A stretch of DNA of 64,000 bases from an uncultured Rhodospirillales bacterium (GCA_902761715.1 CACWLK010000008.1:8307-72306); one strand, 5' to 3'. Numbered from the stretch's first letter, positions 36,533 through 46,286 are shown. The notes: generated by a model not told the origin, from the letters alone. Made by a program: numbers and translations.

Positions 36533-37488
36533 CGTTTGGTACCAAACAATTTTTGACCGTTGAGCAATTTGATTTGCTGTTGTTCCATCATTGTAGCAAA
36601 GTTGAGTTTTCCGCTTTTGATTGCACCGCGAACCTGACAGGCTTCTTCCACAACCGGATTAGCAAACAAAAAGTTGAGTACCAAATGTTTGGGAATACCG
36701 GTCAATTTTTGGTGCAAACAAGCTAAAATACTGGTTGAAACCAAATCATATGCCATGTCTTCAGAGATAGTAGAAGCTGCGGCGTATTTTACCAAAGCAT
36801 TGATTGCATCTGGAACCGAGTTGGCGTGAATGGTTGACAATACCAAGTGTCCTGATGTAGCAGCTTGCAGAGCTTCAGCAGCAACGTCAGGAGAACGAAT
36901 CTCGCCCAACATGATATAGCGTGGGCAACTACGCAAAGCTGACTTTAATGAATCTTTCCAGTTATCATTGATAGGCGTAGTTTGTTTGCACAAACCTAGT
37001 TCTCCGGTGGGACCGCGATATACACCGTCCAGCGGCAGCTCAATCGGGTCTTCAATAGTAAAGGCATATCCGCCTTCGTTAAGCAAATATTCTTTAAGCA
37101 AGGCGGCAAGAGTGGTTGATTTACCAGAACCGGTAGCACCGGCGATCAGAATAAGTCCGGAAGATCTGCCTAATGATTGCAGGTGTTTAGCAACAGGATC
37201 AGGCATGCCTAAGTCTTTAATAAAAGGAATTAATGTTGGCATTTTACGCACACAATATTGCGGACCACCTAGTGCAATGGTACGCTCTACACGATAGCTG
37301 TGTTTTTGGTAGATAACCGAGTAGCTGGGATTGCTTTTAAAACTGCTTTCCACTGCATTAAGGAATGCAGCATAGTCATCAAAGCTTGCTTCTTTCAGTC
37401 CGTATTGACTTTTACCGCTCCACATATATGCATGTTTGCCCGGTGTAATGTATAAATCAGAAAAATCCACATCATTAATATTTGCCAT
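36529..37488 (-). CDS. PilT/DotB-like secretion-family hexameric ATPase (orphan)
   Basis: Walker A GATGSGKSTT, Asp box FTIEDPIE, Walker B IMLGEIR, His box LVLSTIHANS. Confidence 0.8.
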   Translation of the reverse strand: MANINDVDFSDLYITPGKHAYMWSGKSQYGLKEASFDDYAAFLNAVESSFKSNPSYSVIYQKHSYRVERTIALGGPQYCVRKMPTLIPFIKDLGMPDPVAKHLQSLGRSSGLILIAGATGSGKSTTLAALLKEYLLNEGGYAFTIEDPIELPLDGVYRGPTGELGLCKQTTPINDNWKDSLKSALRSCPRYIMLGEIRSPDVAAEALQAATSGHLVLSTIHANSVPDAINALVKYAAASTISEDMAYDLVSTSILACLHQKLTGIPKHLVLNFLFANPVVEEACQVRGAIKSGKLNFATMMEQQQIKLLNGQKLFGTKR

Positions 37489-37623
37489 TTTTTTATCCTT
37501 ATAAATTAAAGTTTATTTGGCTAGACCATTTGTATTGATAATAATATCTTTATGTTTCTTAAAAGTTAATTTTGTTTGACAATAATTAAATATATTTTAT
37601 ACCTACTTTGATTTGAGGTAAAA

Positions 37624-38997
37624 ATGCAAGATATGACAACCGGCAAACCGCTGGGATTGATAGTAAAATTCGCAATTCCGCTGCTGATAAGCAACTGCTT
37701 TCAGCAACTTTACAGTATTTCAGATATTATGTTGGTCGGCAACCTGATAGGGGTTAAGGCCTTGGCGGCAGTCGGGGCGGCGGCACCGTTGTTTTTCTTT
37801 TTGGTGGTGGTAAGCATTGGTTTTACAAACGGACTTACTGTCATTACGGCTCAAAGTTTTGGCGCAAAAAATTATAAAAAAATGCGAAAATCGGTGGCAA
37901 CCGCCACAATTCTCAGCACCGTTTTTACATTAGCATTCAGCATAATCATATTTTTGTTTTTGGATCAACTGTTAGCAATAATGAACGTGCCGCAAGAAAT
38001 TTATGCTGACACACGAATCTTTTTATCAGTAATTTGCAGCGGCGTAATCATGATTGTGGCATTCAACCTGTTGTCGGGGCTGATGCGAGCATTAGGCGAC
38101 AGCAAAACACCGTTATATTTTTTGATATTTACAACCATAATCAATATTTTGCTCAACATTGTTTTTATTTATTATTGCAAGATGGGAGTTAAGGGCTCGG
38201 CATTAGGTACGATTGTCGCCATGACAATTTCTGTGATATCGTGCCTGTTTTATATGAACAAAAAGTTCCCTATTTTGCACCCCAGACGCCGCGACTGGAA
38301 ACTTGACCTTGAGTTTTGCAAACAACACCTGATAATCGCAATTCCGATGGCAATTCAATTTTCAATAATTGCATTAAGTTCAGCAATTACACAGTCGATA
38401 TGCAACAAGTTCGGTTTTGAGACCATTGCGGCAATGACAGCAGCAATGAGGGTTGAACAGCTGGGAGCACAACCGATGGTGTCTTTTGGAATCGCAATGT
38501 CAACCTATGTCGCCCAAAACTATGGGGCACGCAAAATTGCCCGAATTCGCCGCGGGGTGTTCCAATGCTCTATTTTATCATTAACCATGAGTTTGGTATT
38601 GGCGTTGTTTGTTTTTGGATTCGGTAAGCAGATGGTGGGGATTTTTGTGCCTGACGACAACCCCGAAATGACAAGTCGGGTAATCGGTATGGCTTGCACA
38701 TATTTAAACATAAGTATTTTGTTTTACTTTTTCCTCGGGCAGATTTTTATTTTCCGCAATTCGTGCCAAGGCATGGGAAATTCGGTTGTCCCGATGATTT
38801 CAAGTTTTGTAGAATTGTTAATGAGAGCATTTGCGGCAATTTATTTGGCCTCAATTTTCGGATTCGTAGGCCTATGTATGGCTAGTCCGCTGGCTTGGAT
38901 AGGCGGAGCGGCCATTGTCGCCGGCGGTTATTTTGCCTCGATTCGAAAAATGAGTAACCATTTAAAACAAGGTGATTTTTCGTTCTCAATATCTTGA
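37624..38997 (+). CDS. MATE family efflux transporter
   Basis: 12-TM protein. The N-terminus ...KPLGLIVKFAIPLLISNCFQQLYSISDIMLVG is typical of MATE pumps. Confidence 0.85.
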   Translation: MQDMTTGKPLGLIVKFAIPLLISNCFQQLYSISDIMLVGNLIGVKALAAVGAAAPLFFFLVVVSIGFTNGLTVITAQSFGAKNYKKMRKSVATATILSTVFTLAFSIIIFLFLDQLLAIMNVPQEIYADTRIFLSVICSGVIMIVAFNLLSGLMRALGDSKTPLYFLIFTTIINILLNIVFIYYCKMGVKGSALGTIVAMTISVISCLFYMNKKFPILHPRRRDWKLDLEFCKQHLIIAIPMAIQFSIIALSSAITQSICNKFGFETIAAMTAAMRVEQLGAQPMVSFGIAMSTYVAQNYGARKIARIRRGVFQCSILSLTMSLVLALFVFGFGKQMVGIFVPDDNPEMTSRVIGMACTYLNISILFYFFLGQIFIFRNSCQGMGNSVVPMISSFVELLMRAFAAIYLASIFGFVGLCMASPLAWIGGAAIVAGGYFASIRKMSNHLKQGDFSFSIS

Positions 38998-39104
38998 TTT
39001 TGCAAAATATTCTTGAGTTTTGCAAAAAAGTATTTATATTAAGTTTAAATTAATAAATGTGCTTTATAGTGCAATTAACATTAACTATGATGATGGGGAT
39101 AGAA

Positions 39105-39611
39105 ATGAACAAATTACATTTATTGTTGGGTGTTGTGCTGTCAGTTTCGGCATGTGCCTATGGTTATGACTGTGATGAAAATCCTGTTGTTGAAGAGCCC
39201 TGCCCGTGTGAAGAAGAAGTTGTAGCACCTGCACCGGCTCCGGTTCCGGCTCCGCAACCTTGCTATGATTGCAATCGTCCGGTTGTTCAGCCTGTTGCTC
39301 CGCAACCTGTTGTTCAACAGCCGGCCAATGGCTGCCAAGGCGAGATTCGTACTGTTCGCGAACCTGTAGAAGTTGTTTATAAACGTACAACTTATGGTAC
39401 TGTTTATGAGCCGAGACATTTCCAAAATGTTGCTTATGAAAGACAAAGCGTAAACGGCGGATATTATGCTCAGCCTGAAGTTGTAAACGTTCCTGCCGGT
39501 GAACAATATGTTCCGGTTCAACAAGTACAAGCTGCTCAACAGGCTCAGCCTGCTCAACCTGCAGCTCCTAAATATACAGGACCGGTTGTAGTTGTTCCTG
39601 CTCAAGAATAA
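39105..39611 (+). CDS. Pro/Val/Gln-rich lipoprotein
   Basis: Start ATG 39105. Lipobox VSAC, a Cys-rich then Pro-rich low-complexity region. Confidence 0.55.
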   Translation: MNKLHLLLGVVLSVSACAYGYDCDENPVVEEPCPCEEEVVAPAPAPVPAPQPCYDCNRPVVQPVAPQPVVQQPANGCQGEIRTVREPVEVVYKRTTYGTVYEPRHFQNVAYERQSVNGGYYAQPEVVNVPAGEQYVPVQQVQAAQQAQPAQPAAPKYTGPVVVVPAQE

Positions 39612-39620
39612 TTTGAGTTA

Positions 39621-39659
39621 ATTTTGATAAAAGCCGAAGGCAAGACCTTCGGCTTTTTT
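39621..39659. repeat. terminator hairpin, copy A of a 39-bp direct repeat
   Basis: ATTTTGATAAAAGCCGAAGGCAAGACCTTCGGCTTTTTT. Copy B lies at 40311-40349 and differs at 1 nt in the loop. Confidence 0.85.
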
Positions 39660-39773
39660 TGGGTTATTAGAAATAGAATTTGTATTAAAAAAACGCCCCC
39701 CGCAATAAGTAGCCCAATCTAAAAAAGAAAGGAACAATTTTATTGCGAGGGGTGTTTTTTCAGGCTAATGGTC

Positions 39774-40133
39774 TTAGAGCATTATCTTGCAGCAAATGTA
39801 CGTTTGTACAAAGCAGGGAACTATAAAGATTAACTTTAAAATTCCCCTTACAAGCTGCTCTTTGGTTTCATACTCAATCATCCTCGCAAGATTTCCATAG
39901 CTATACCATAGCGCGCAGCTATTGACCAAAATCCATACCCTTAATATGGTGTTTTGTTGGTCTTGCCACGCAAAAATGTTAAGTATAACTACTGTTGATA
40001 CAAAGATGAGGCATACCCCTACCATAAACCACTTAGGAAGGCCTTTGGGGGTAGCCACAAAAATAAGCGCGTAGATAACCAGAAGAGCAATGATGAAATT
40101 ATTCATGGTATAGATTTTAAATTTAACATTCAT
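39774..40133 (-). CDS. small polytopic membrane protein (119 aa) inside the repeat-bracketed cassette
   Basis: Four hydrophobic helices. Its own large-loop terminator hairpin lies at ~39688-39760. Start uncertain (ATG 40133 or 40106). Confidence 0.5.
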   Translation of the reverse strand: MNVKFKIYTMNNFIIALLVIYALIFVATPKGLPKWFMVGVCLIFVSTVVILNIFAWQDQQNTILRVWILVNSCALWYSYGNLARMIEYETKEQLVRGILKLIFIVPCFVQTYICCKIML

Positions 40134-40310
40134 TTAAAAACAACTATCATGAAAGAAGACCAAAAGCCTTAAAGTATAATATACATATACCATCCATAAT
40201 AATTGTTATTAGGATTTTATTATACCATATTTGGGGGTGAAACACAATAAAAATCAAAAACGCACAAAAAGCGTAAGTTACGAGTAGTTATTTTGCTTTT
40301 TTATAAATTG

Positions 40311-40349
40311 ATTTTGATAAAAGCCGAAGGCAAAACCTTCGGCTTTTTT
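40311..40349. repeat. terminator hairpin, copy B
   Basis: ATTTTGATAAAAGCCGAAGGCAAAACCTTCGGCTTTTTT, 690 bp from copy A. Confidence 0.85.
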
Positions 40350-40364
40350 GTTGATTCTGACGCA

Positions 40365-41168
40365 TTACCCAACTTTAATTAATCTAAACCAGCTGTGCAA
40401 TCCGGTCGGTATGGAAAACAATATTTTCTCATTGCTATGTTGGGGCATCGGCTCACCGACACCATGTTTAATTTTATACTTATATTTGCGAATGAGGTAT
40501 TTTTGGCCTAAAAACGAAAATGAAAATTTGTCTCTCAGACGCCAAGCGGGACGCCAACTGCCCGAATAGTGATGGATAGCGTAGGCATTTTTATTGTCCG
40601 TACAAAAATATGTATATGGATAAAGCCAACAATTTTCGGTAATTTTAACCCTGCCCTTTTTAATATAAGTATTTTCTATATTATAGTTTTTCTTTAGGAC
40701 ATTTGTAAAAAGAGTTGGGTTCGGGGTTTGATTATAACTGCCGTCTGATCTGATAAACTCAAGTTCATTATACGCATCTAGGAGATGTTTGATAATTTCG
40801 TGATGAGGCACAGCGCCGATAAGCGCCGGATTAATTTCTTTGGAAGAACCGCAGCGTTGTGAACCGATAACGAAATCATGGTCTAAAAATACATCAAGAG
40901 GTTTTATAATTTCTTCATCTGTATCAAAATAAAAGCCCCCGTAATTCCACAAGGCAAACAAACGTACATAGTCCGAAACAAATGCCCACTTTTGCGCTTC
41001 TACAGCCTGACAAAGATATTTATTATCAAAGTTTTTCAAACACTCATTGCCCCAATGAATTATTTGATACTTCGGCAAAATCTTTGACCATGAAGCAATA
41101 CATTTTTGCTCTACAGGTCCGGGTTTTTTGTCTCCAAACCAGCAATAATGGATAATTTTCGGTATCAT
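40365..41168 (-). CDS. glycosyltransferase (GT32-like, DXD sugar-transferase family)
   Basis: MIPKIIHYCWFG... N-terminus and ...GGFYFDTDEE... DXD region. Confidence 0.75.
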   Translation of the reverse strand: MIPKIIHYCWFGDKKPGPVEQKCIASWSKILPKYQIIHWGNECLKNFDNKYLCQAVEAQKWAFVSDYVRLFALWNYGGFYFDTDEEIIKPLDVFLDHDFVIGSQRCGSSKEINPALIGAVPHHEIIKHLLDAYNELEFIRSDGSYNQTPNPTLFTNVLKKNYNIENTYIKKGRVKITENCWLYPYTYFCTDNKNAYAIHHYSGSWRPAWRLRDKFSFSFLGQKYLIRKYKYKIKHGVGEPMPQHSNEKILFSIPTGLHSWFRLIKVG

Positions 41169-41652
41169 ATTTTAACTCCCATACTATGAATAATAAACTG
41201 TCAGAATTTTAAAACAACAATAAATTGTTTTTAATTTAAAATTCAAGTAAAGGTTTAGTAAAACATGAAAAAATGGTATAATTTTTGTATGTCTAAGGTA
41301 TTATTTTTGCTCATAGTTTACTTCCTTTTTTAGTTATAAAAAAGTCGCCCTTTTGAGGCGACTGGAAGTTGAGAACTACTTATCTGAAATAGTGCGATAT
41401 ATTGACCGCAAGGCTTATTTTACCGCCTTCCAGTCATTGTATAAATAACTAGTTGGCGTGCAAAATTTAACGTCTTACACCAGACGCAGATAACGAGGTT
41501 CTCACACCCCAGATAGGAACACCCCATCCACTTAAGACTTTATAAATAAACAAGGAAAAAGTAAAGAAGAAAAAAAGTTATAGAATACTGCGGTTCGGAA
41601 AATCTCTATATAATAACCATTAAAAAACCTCCCGCTTGGGGAGGTTTTTTAA

Positions 41653-41728
41653 TGGTGCCGACACACGGACTCGAACCGCGGACCCACTGATTACAAATCA
41701 GTAGCTCTACCAACTGAGCTATGTCGGC
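41653..41728 (-). tRNA. tRNA-Thr (anticodon UGU), CCA encoded
   Basis: Cloverleaf: acceptor GCCGACA/TGTCGGC, anticodon stem ACTGA/TCAGT with loop TTTGTAA, T-arm CGCGG-TTCGAGT-CCGTG. Confidence 0.9.
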
Positions 41729-41854
41729 AATCTCTGGATAGGTTTTATATATGACATCATTTTTACTGTCAAGCAAAAAAAATTATGATAAAAACAACTG
41801 CAATATTATGTTGCAGACAAACTAAATTCTTATATATTGTTGATGAGGTATGAA

Positions 41855-42865
41855 ATGGACTTTAATAAACTGCAAATAATAAAATTGTTAAATGATGCCG
41901 AGCAACAAAAAACGTTGTTCAAAAAGGCTGATAACATCCGTCGGCAATATGTTGGCGATGAAGTGCATTTGCGCGGTTTAATTGAGTTTTCCAACATTTG
42001 CAGAAACAATTGCCTGTATTGCGGAATAAGGCGTGGTAACAACAAGGTTGTACGCTATCATATGACTGAAGATGAGCTGATTGATACCGCCAGAAAAGCT
42101 GCAAATATCGGTTTTAAGACTATTGTTATGCAATCCGGCGAAGACATGTATTATACTCAAGACAAAATGTGCCGGATTATTGAAGCTATCAAAAAGTTTG
42201 ATGTAGCAATAACCTTGAGCATCGGCGAGAGAACTTATGATGAGTATAAGGCCTTTCGGGAGGCAGGTGCTGATCGCTATTTGATGAGGATTGAAACAAC
42301 CGATAAAGATTTGTATCACAAACTTGATCCAGAGATGAGTTGGCAACATCGTTATGATTGTTTGATGATGATTAAGGAACTCGGATATGAACTGGGCTCG
42401 GGAATTATGGTCGGACTTCCGGAACAAACTGTCGAATCTATTGCTGACGACTTGCTGTTTTTGAAAGATATCGGGATTGATATGGCCGGTATCGGACCGT
42501 TTATTCCTCACCCGCAGACACCTTTGGCCGGGGCTGCCGGCGGAACGTTGGATTTGGCCTTGCGGACAATGGCAGTTATGCGGTTGATGATGCCTGATAT
42601 AAATATTCCGGCAACCACGGCGATGGAAAGTTTGCACCCGAAAGGGAGAATTATGGCCCTACAAGCCGGAGCAAACGTGGTTATGCCAAACGTTACCGAA
42701 GGAGAATATCGTAAGCTGTACGAGCTTTATCCGGGGAAAATTTGCGTTAATGACACACCGGTACACTGCCGTAGCTGTATAGGCATGAAAATTGAGGCAA
42801 TCGGGCGCACTATCGGTAAAGGTTATGGCGGACACCAAAAGTCTATGCAAAAAACTAAAGATTAA
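41855..42865 (+). CDS. hydE: [FeFe]-hydrogenase maturase HydE (radical SAM)
   Basis: GLIEFSNICRNNCLYCGIRRGN (CX3CX2C), ...VMQSGED..., ...IGPFIPHPQTPL... and ...YPGKIC... are collinear with HydE as I recall it. Start ATG 41855 follows GAGG. Confidence 0.85.
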   Translation: MDFNKLQIIKLLNDAEQQKTLFKKADNIRRQYVGDEVHLRGLIEFSNICRNNCLYCGIRRGNNKVVRYHMTEDELIDTARKAANIGFKTIVMQSGEDMYYTQDKMCRIIEAIKKFDVAITLSIGERTYDEYKAFREAGADRYLMRIETTDKDLYHKLDPEMSWQHRYDCLMMIKELGYELGSGIMVGLPEQTVESIADDLLFLKDIGIDMAGIGPFIPHPQTPLAGAAGGTLDLALRTMAVMRLMMPDINIPATTAMESLHPKGRIMALQAGANVVMPNVTEGEYRKLYELYPGKICVNDTPVHCRSCIGMKIEAIGRTIGKGYGGHQKSMQKTKD

Positions 42866-44066
42866 AAACTTTTACAACCCTGTCCAAAACACCCTGTGTC
42901 TTTGAAATGGCAACACCATAGTTGGTAATTGCCACACCACGGCGAACACATTCATGCAAGCGACGGAGCATTTCTGCACGGTTGAGCATACAGGCTCCGC
43001 AATGGATTACGAGGGCGTATTCTTCCAAATTGTCGGGAAAATCCGCACCATGGCAAAAATCAAAATTTATGTTCTTGCCGGTGTACTGTTTAATCCAGTT
43101 AGGAATTTTGACTTTGCCGATGTCATCAGACATGGCATGGTGAGAACAAGCCTCGGCAATCAAAATTTTATCCCCGTCTTTGAGGGCGTCAATTTTGCGG
43201 GCTCCGTCAACCATTATCGGCAAATCGCCTTTGTTGCGGGCAAACAAAATTGAAAAAGTCGTAAGGTTAATGTTGGTAGGCACGATTGAGGAAACTTTTT
43301 TGATTACCTGAGAATCGGATATAATCAATGACGGCTGATGATGTTGATTGTTCAGCGCAGAGGACAAGTCGTTTTCTTTGACAACCACAGCGGTGGCGTT
43401 GCTATCCAAAATTTCACGCAGGACTTGAACTTGCGGGAGTATCAGCCTGCCCTTGGGCGCGGAAAGATCAAGTGGAACAACCATAAATACGGTTTCTCCG
43501 GCAGAAAATAAATCACCGGCAAGCAAAGGAGCATCCTTAAAATCAGGCGGAACAATACTGATGACTGCTGATTTGAGCGCATCAATATTTTGCTTTTGGG
43601 TGGACGAAACAATCACATACAGCAATTTATTGTCTTTGCAAAAGGCGATGTCATCAGCTGAAGGCTCGTGTTTATCCTGCTTGTTAAAGGCAATTACAAA
43701 TGGGATTTTCATGTCTTGAAGACGAGTGATGATTTCTTTTTCAACCTGTCCTAATCCGGCTTCTCCGCAAACCAAAACCGCAATGTCGCTGCGTGCCAAA
43801 ACTTTTAGAGTGGCTTTGATGCGCAACTCTCCGAGGGTGCCGTCATCGTCAAGTCCGGCGGTGTCATAGAGGGTAACAGGTCCAAGCGGCAAAAGTTCAT
43901 AAGGCTTGGATACGGCATCAGTAGTGGTGCCGGGGTGATCTGACACGATGGCAACGTCTTGTCCGGTAAAGGCGTTTATTAACGATGATTTTCCGGCATT
44001 TCGACGCCCGATAAAACTGATGATACAACGTAAGGCACGCGGTGTGGACGAGGCATTGTCACTCAT
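42855..44066 (-). CDS. hydF: [FeFe]-hydrogenase maturation GTPase HydF
   Basis: GRRNAGKSSLINAFTGQDVAIVSDHPGTTTD G1/G2 motifs. C-terminal CSHH...HCGAC cluster-binding motifs. Start ATG 44066 (AAGGAG upstream). Confidence 0.85.
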   Translation of the reverse strand: MSDNASSTPRALRCIISFIGRRNAGKSSLINAFTGQDVAIVSDHPGTTTDAVSKPYELLPLGPVTLYDTAGLDDDGTLGELRIKATLKVLARSDIAVLVCGEAGLGQVEKEIITRLQDMKIPFVIAFNKQDKHEPSADDIAFCKDNKLLYVIVSSTQKQNIDALKSAVISIVPPDFKDAPLLAGDLFSAGETVFMVVPLDLSAPKGRLILPQVQVLREILDSNATAVVVKENDLSSALNNQHHQPSLIISDSQVIKKVSSIVPTNINLTTFSILFARNKGDLPIMVDGARKIDALKDGDKILIAEACSHHAMSDDIGKVKIPNWIKQYTGKNINFDFCHGADFPDNLEEYALVIHCGACMLNRAEMLRRLHECVRRGVAITNYGVAISKTQGVLDRVVKVFNL

Positions 44067-44214
44067 GATTGTCTCCTTTAATTTTTTATCAAAAGTATGA
44101 CGTTTATCAGTTATTGTCAATAAGTATTAAAATACTTTAGTTTTTGTAAAAAGTGTGGTATAGCTTGAGGCATTGAGACGTAATATTACTGATATTTTTG
44201 ACAGAGTATTGGAT

Positions 44215-45018
44215 ATGCAGCAGAAAATTAATGATTTTATAAACCGCGTTTTGGAGAAAACCACCGCATTACGCAAGACAATTAAACATACAATTCGTAA
44301 AATTACCAAATCAGAGGCTTTTACCACTTTTGTCGGTAAAGCCATGTTTTATTATTGTCAGTTGGTCTGGAAAACGACCAGATGGCAAATATTCGGTGTA
44401 AACCGTTTTTATCCGATATGGGAGCAGGATAAGTCAATTATTTTGACAATTTGGCACGGGCGTGTGTTGATGATTCCGTATTTTTGGAACAAGAAAAGAC
44501 CGCTCAATGCTTTGGTTTCTCCGCATAACGACGGTCGTATTGCCGCTTCTTTTCTAAAAAAGGTCGGGTTCGGCATTATTGACGGCTCGAGCAACGATGG
44601 TGCCAATGTGGCTGCCATTAACTTGTTGCGCTCGCTTGAAAAAGATGAAGCAATTGCTATTATTCCCGATGGTCCGAGAGGTCCGAGAATGAAAATGAAC
44701 ATCAGCCCGCTCTATTTTGCTAAAAAATCAGGAAAAGCCTTGTTTGGAGCAACCTATTCGATTGAACATTCGATTGTTGCCAAGAGCTGGGATGCCATGC
44801 TTATTCCGTTGCCTTTCTGCCGCGGTATTGTCCATGTTACACAACCGTACTATATTCCGGCAGATGCTACCGATGAGGATTTGGAGAGATATCGCCAGCA
44901 AATTGAAGATGAGTTAAACAATTTGACACTCAGAGCCGATCAGGTTTTGAAATTGCCTCGTATTGAGCCCGGTGTCAGCGCCAAAGAAAAACGCCACCAT
45001 GAGGAAGATCCTAAATGA
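44215..45018 (+). CDS. DUF374-type lysophospholipid acyltransferase family protein
   Basis: ...LTIWHGRVLMIPYFW...SPHNDGRIAA...PDGPRGPR... Sits immediately upstream of waaA, as commonly seen in Alphaproteobacteria. Confidence 0.7.
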   Translation: MQQKINDFINRVLEKTTALRKTIKHTIRKITKSEAFTTFVGKAMFYYCQLVWKTTRWQIFGVNRFYPIWEQDKSIILTIWHGRVLMIPYFWNKKRPLNALVSPHNDGRIAASFLKKVGFGIIDGSSNDGANVAAINLLRSLEKDEAIAIIPDGPRGPRMKMNISPLYFAKKSGKALFGATYSIEHSIVAKSWDAMLIPLPFCRGIVHVTQPYYIPADATDEDLERYRQQIEDELNNLTLRADQVLKLPRIEPGVSAKEKRHHEEDPK

Positions 45019-46286
45019 TGTTTATTAAAGTTTATAACACTCTAATCAGGGTTATGTACCCGATTGTTATCAGCCGTTATATCAAAAAACGTAAAGAGCG
45101 CGGCAAAGAAGATTTGAAACGTTTTAACGAGCGTGTCGGTCGTCCGACAATGGCCAGACCGGAGGGCAAGCTGTTTTGGTTCCACGGGGCATCGGTCGGA
45201 GAATCGCTTTCAATGTTGCCGCTGATTAACCGTATATTGGACACTTATCCCGACTCTCATGTGATGGTTACAACCGGCACCCTGACTTCTGCAGAGTTGA
45301 TGGGCAAACGCCTGCCGGAGAGAGCTTTTCATCAGTATATTCCGATTGATAATCCGGTGTTTACCACACGTTTTGTAAAGCATTGGCACCCTGATGCAAT
45401 TTTGTGGTTTGAGTCTGATTTGTGGCCGGCAATGTTGTCATCAATCAAGCGCAAGAATATTCCGCTGATTTTGGTCAATGGGCGAATCTCAAACAAATCG
45501 TTCAAACGTTGGCAACAGTTTGATTTTATATGCAAAGAGTTGTTGTCATGCTTTACATTTTGTTTGGGGCAGTCTGATGAAGATGCCTATCGTCTGCGGG
45601 TGTTGGGCGCTAAAGAAGCCGTTTGTCTCGGCAATGTAAAATATGCAGGTCTGCCGTTGCCGGTTGATGAGGAGAAAAAAGCCGAGATTGAAAAACAGAT
45701 TAACGGTCGTACGGTATGGCTGGCAAGCTCTACTCACGATGATGAAGAGTTCAAAATTGCTAAATTTCATAACGAGCTCAAAAAAGATTTTCCGGATTTG
45801 TTATTAATCTGTGCGCCTCGCCACCCGCACAGAGGTGTTGAAATTCAGGAAAGGCTGGAAAAAGAACTGGGGCTGAAAACTGCGTTGCGTTCAAAAAATG
45901 AACCGTTAAAGCCGGATACAGACGTTTATATTGCCGACACTATCGGTGAGTTGGGTATTTGGTACGGGATATGCCCGTTGGTGTTTATCGGCGGATCACT
46001 TATTCCGCACGGCGGACAAAACTTTATGGAGCCGTCACGCTGTCGTGATGCCGTTATTGTCGGACCGCATATGCATAACTTTACCGATGCAATCAATCGT
46101 GCCAAAAAGGCTGATGCGGTTATTCAGGTTAATGATGTTTTGGATTTGACCGACAATGTCAGACAACTGCTCGGCAATAAGGAGCTGTTGGAAGCAAAGC
46201 GCAGTTTGGCTTATAACTGGGCAATGTCCGAGGCCAAAGTTTTGGACGGTATTATGGACAAGGTACGGAGCTATCTGCCGGAATGA
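45015..46286 (+). CDS. waaA: 3-deoxy-D-manno-octulosonic acid (Kdo) transferase
   Basis: ...LFWFHGASVGESLS..., ...IGGSL.PHGGQN..EP... motifs. Lies upstream of lpxK. Confidence 0.9.
   Translation: MMFIKVYNTLIRVMYPIVISRYIKKRKERGKEDLKRFNERVGRPTMARPEGKLFWFHGASVGESLSMLPLINRILDTYPDSHVMVTTGTLTSAELMGKRLPERAFHQYIPIDNPVFTTRFVKHWHPDAILWFESDLWPAMLSSIKRKNIPLILVNGRISNKSFKRWQQFDFICKELLSCFTFCLGQSDEDAYRLRVLGAKEAVCLGNVKYAGLPLPVDEEKKAEIEKQINGRTVWLASSTHDDEEFKIAKFHNELKKDFPDLLLICAPRHPHRGVEIQERLEKELGLKTALRSKNEPLKPDTDVYIADTIGELGIWYGICPLVFIGGSLIPHGGQNFMEPSRCRDAVIVGPHMHNFTDAINRAKKADAVIQVNDVLDLTDNVRQLLGNKELLEAKRSLAYNWAMSEAKVLDGIMDKVRSYLPE

Noticed and set aside
39621-39659. Whether the bracketed cassettes are integron cassettes with attC sites.
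   Set aside because: I could not find RYYYAAC/GTTRRRY core sites at the repeat ends. The repeats are pair-specific, and at 49 kb demonstrably host sequence. No intI gene is in the window.
41287-41650. Whether this region encodes RNase P RNA, tmRNA, SRP RNA or 6S RNA.
   Set aside because: I found none of the hallmark conserved segments: the GAGGAAAGTCC-type P4 of RNase P, a tRNA-like TTCGAATCC...CCA end, or the GGAA tetraloop context of SRP domain IV. It is kept only as an unclassified candidate.
41978-42637. 219-aa minus-strand ORF inside hydE.
   Set aside because: Antisense shadow of a gene with unmistakable radical-SAM HydE motifs.
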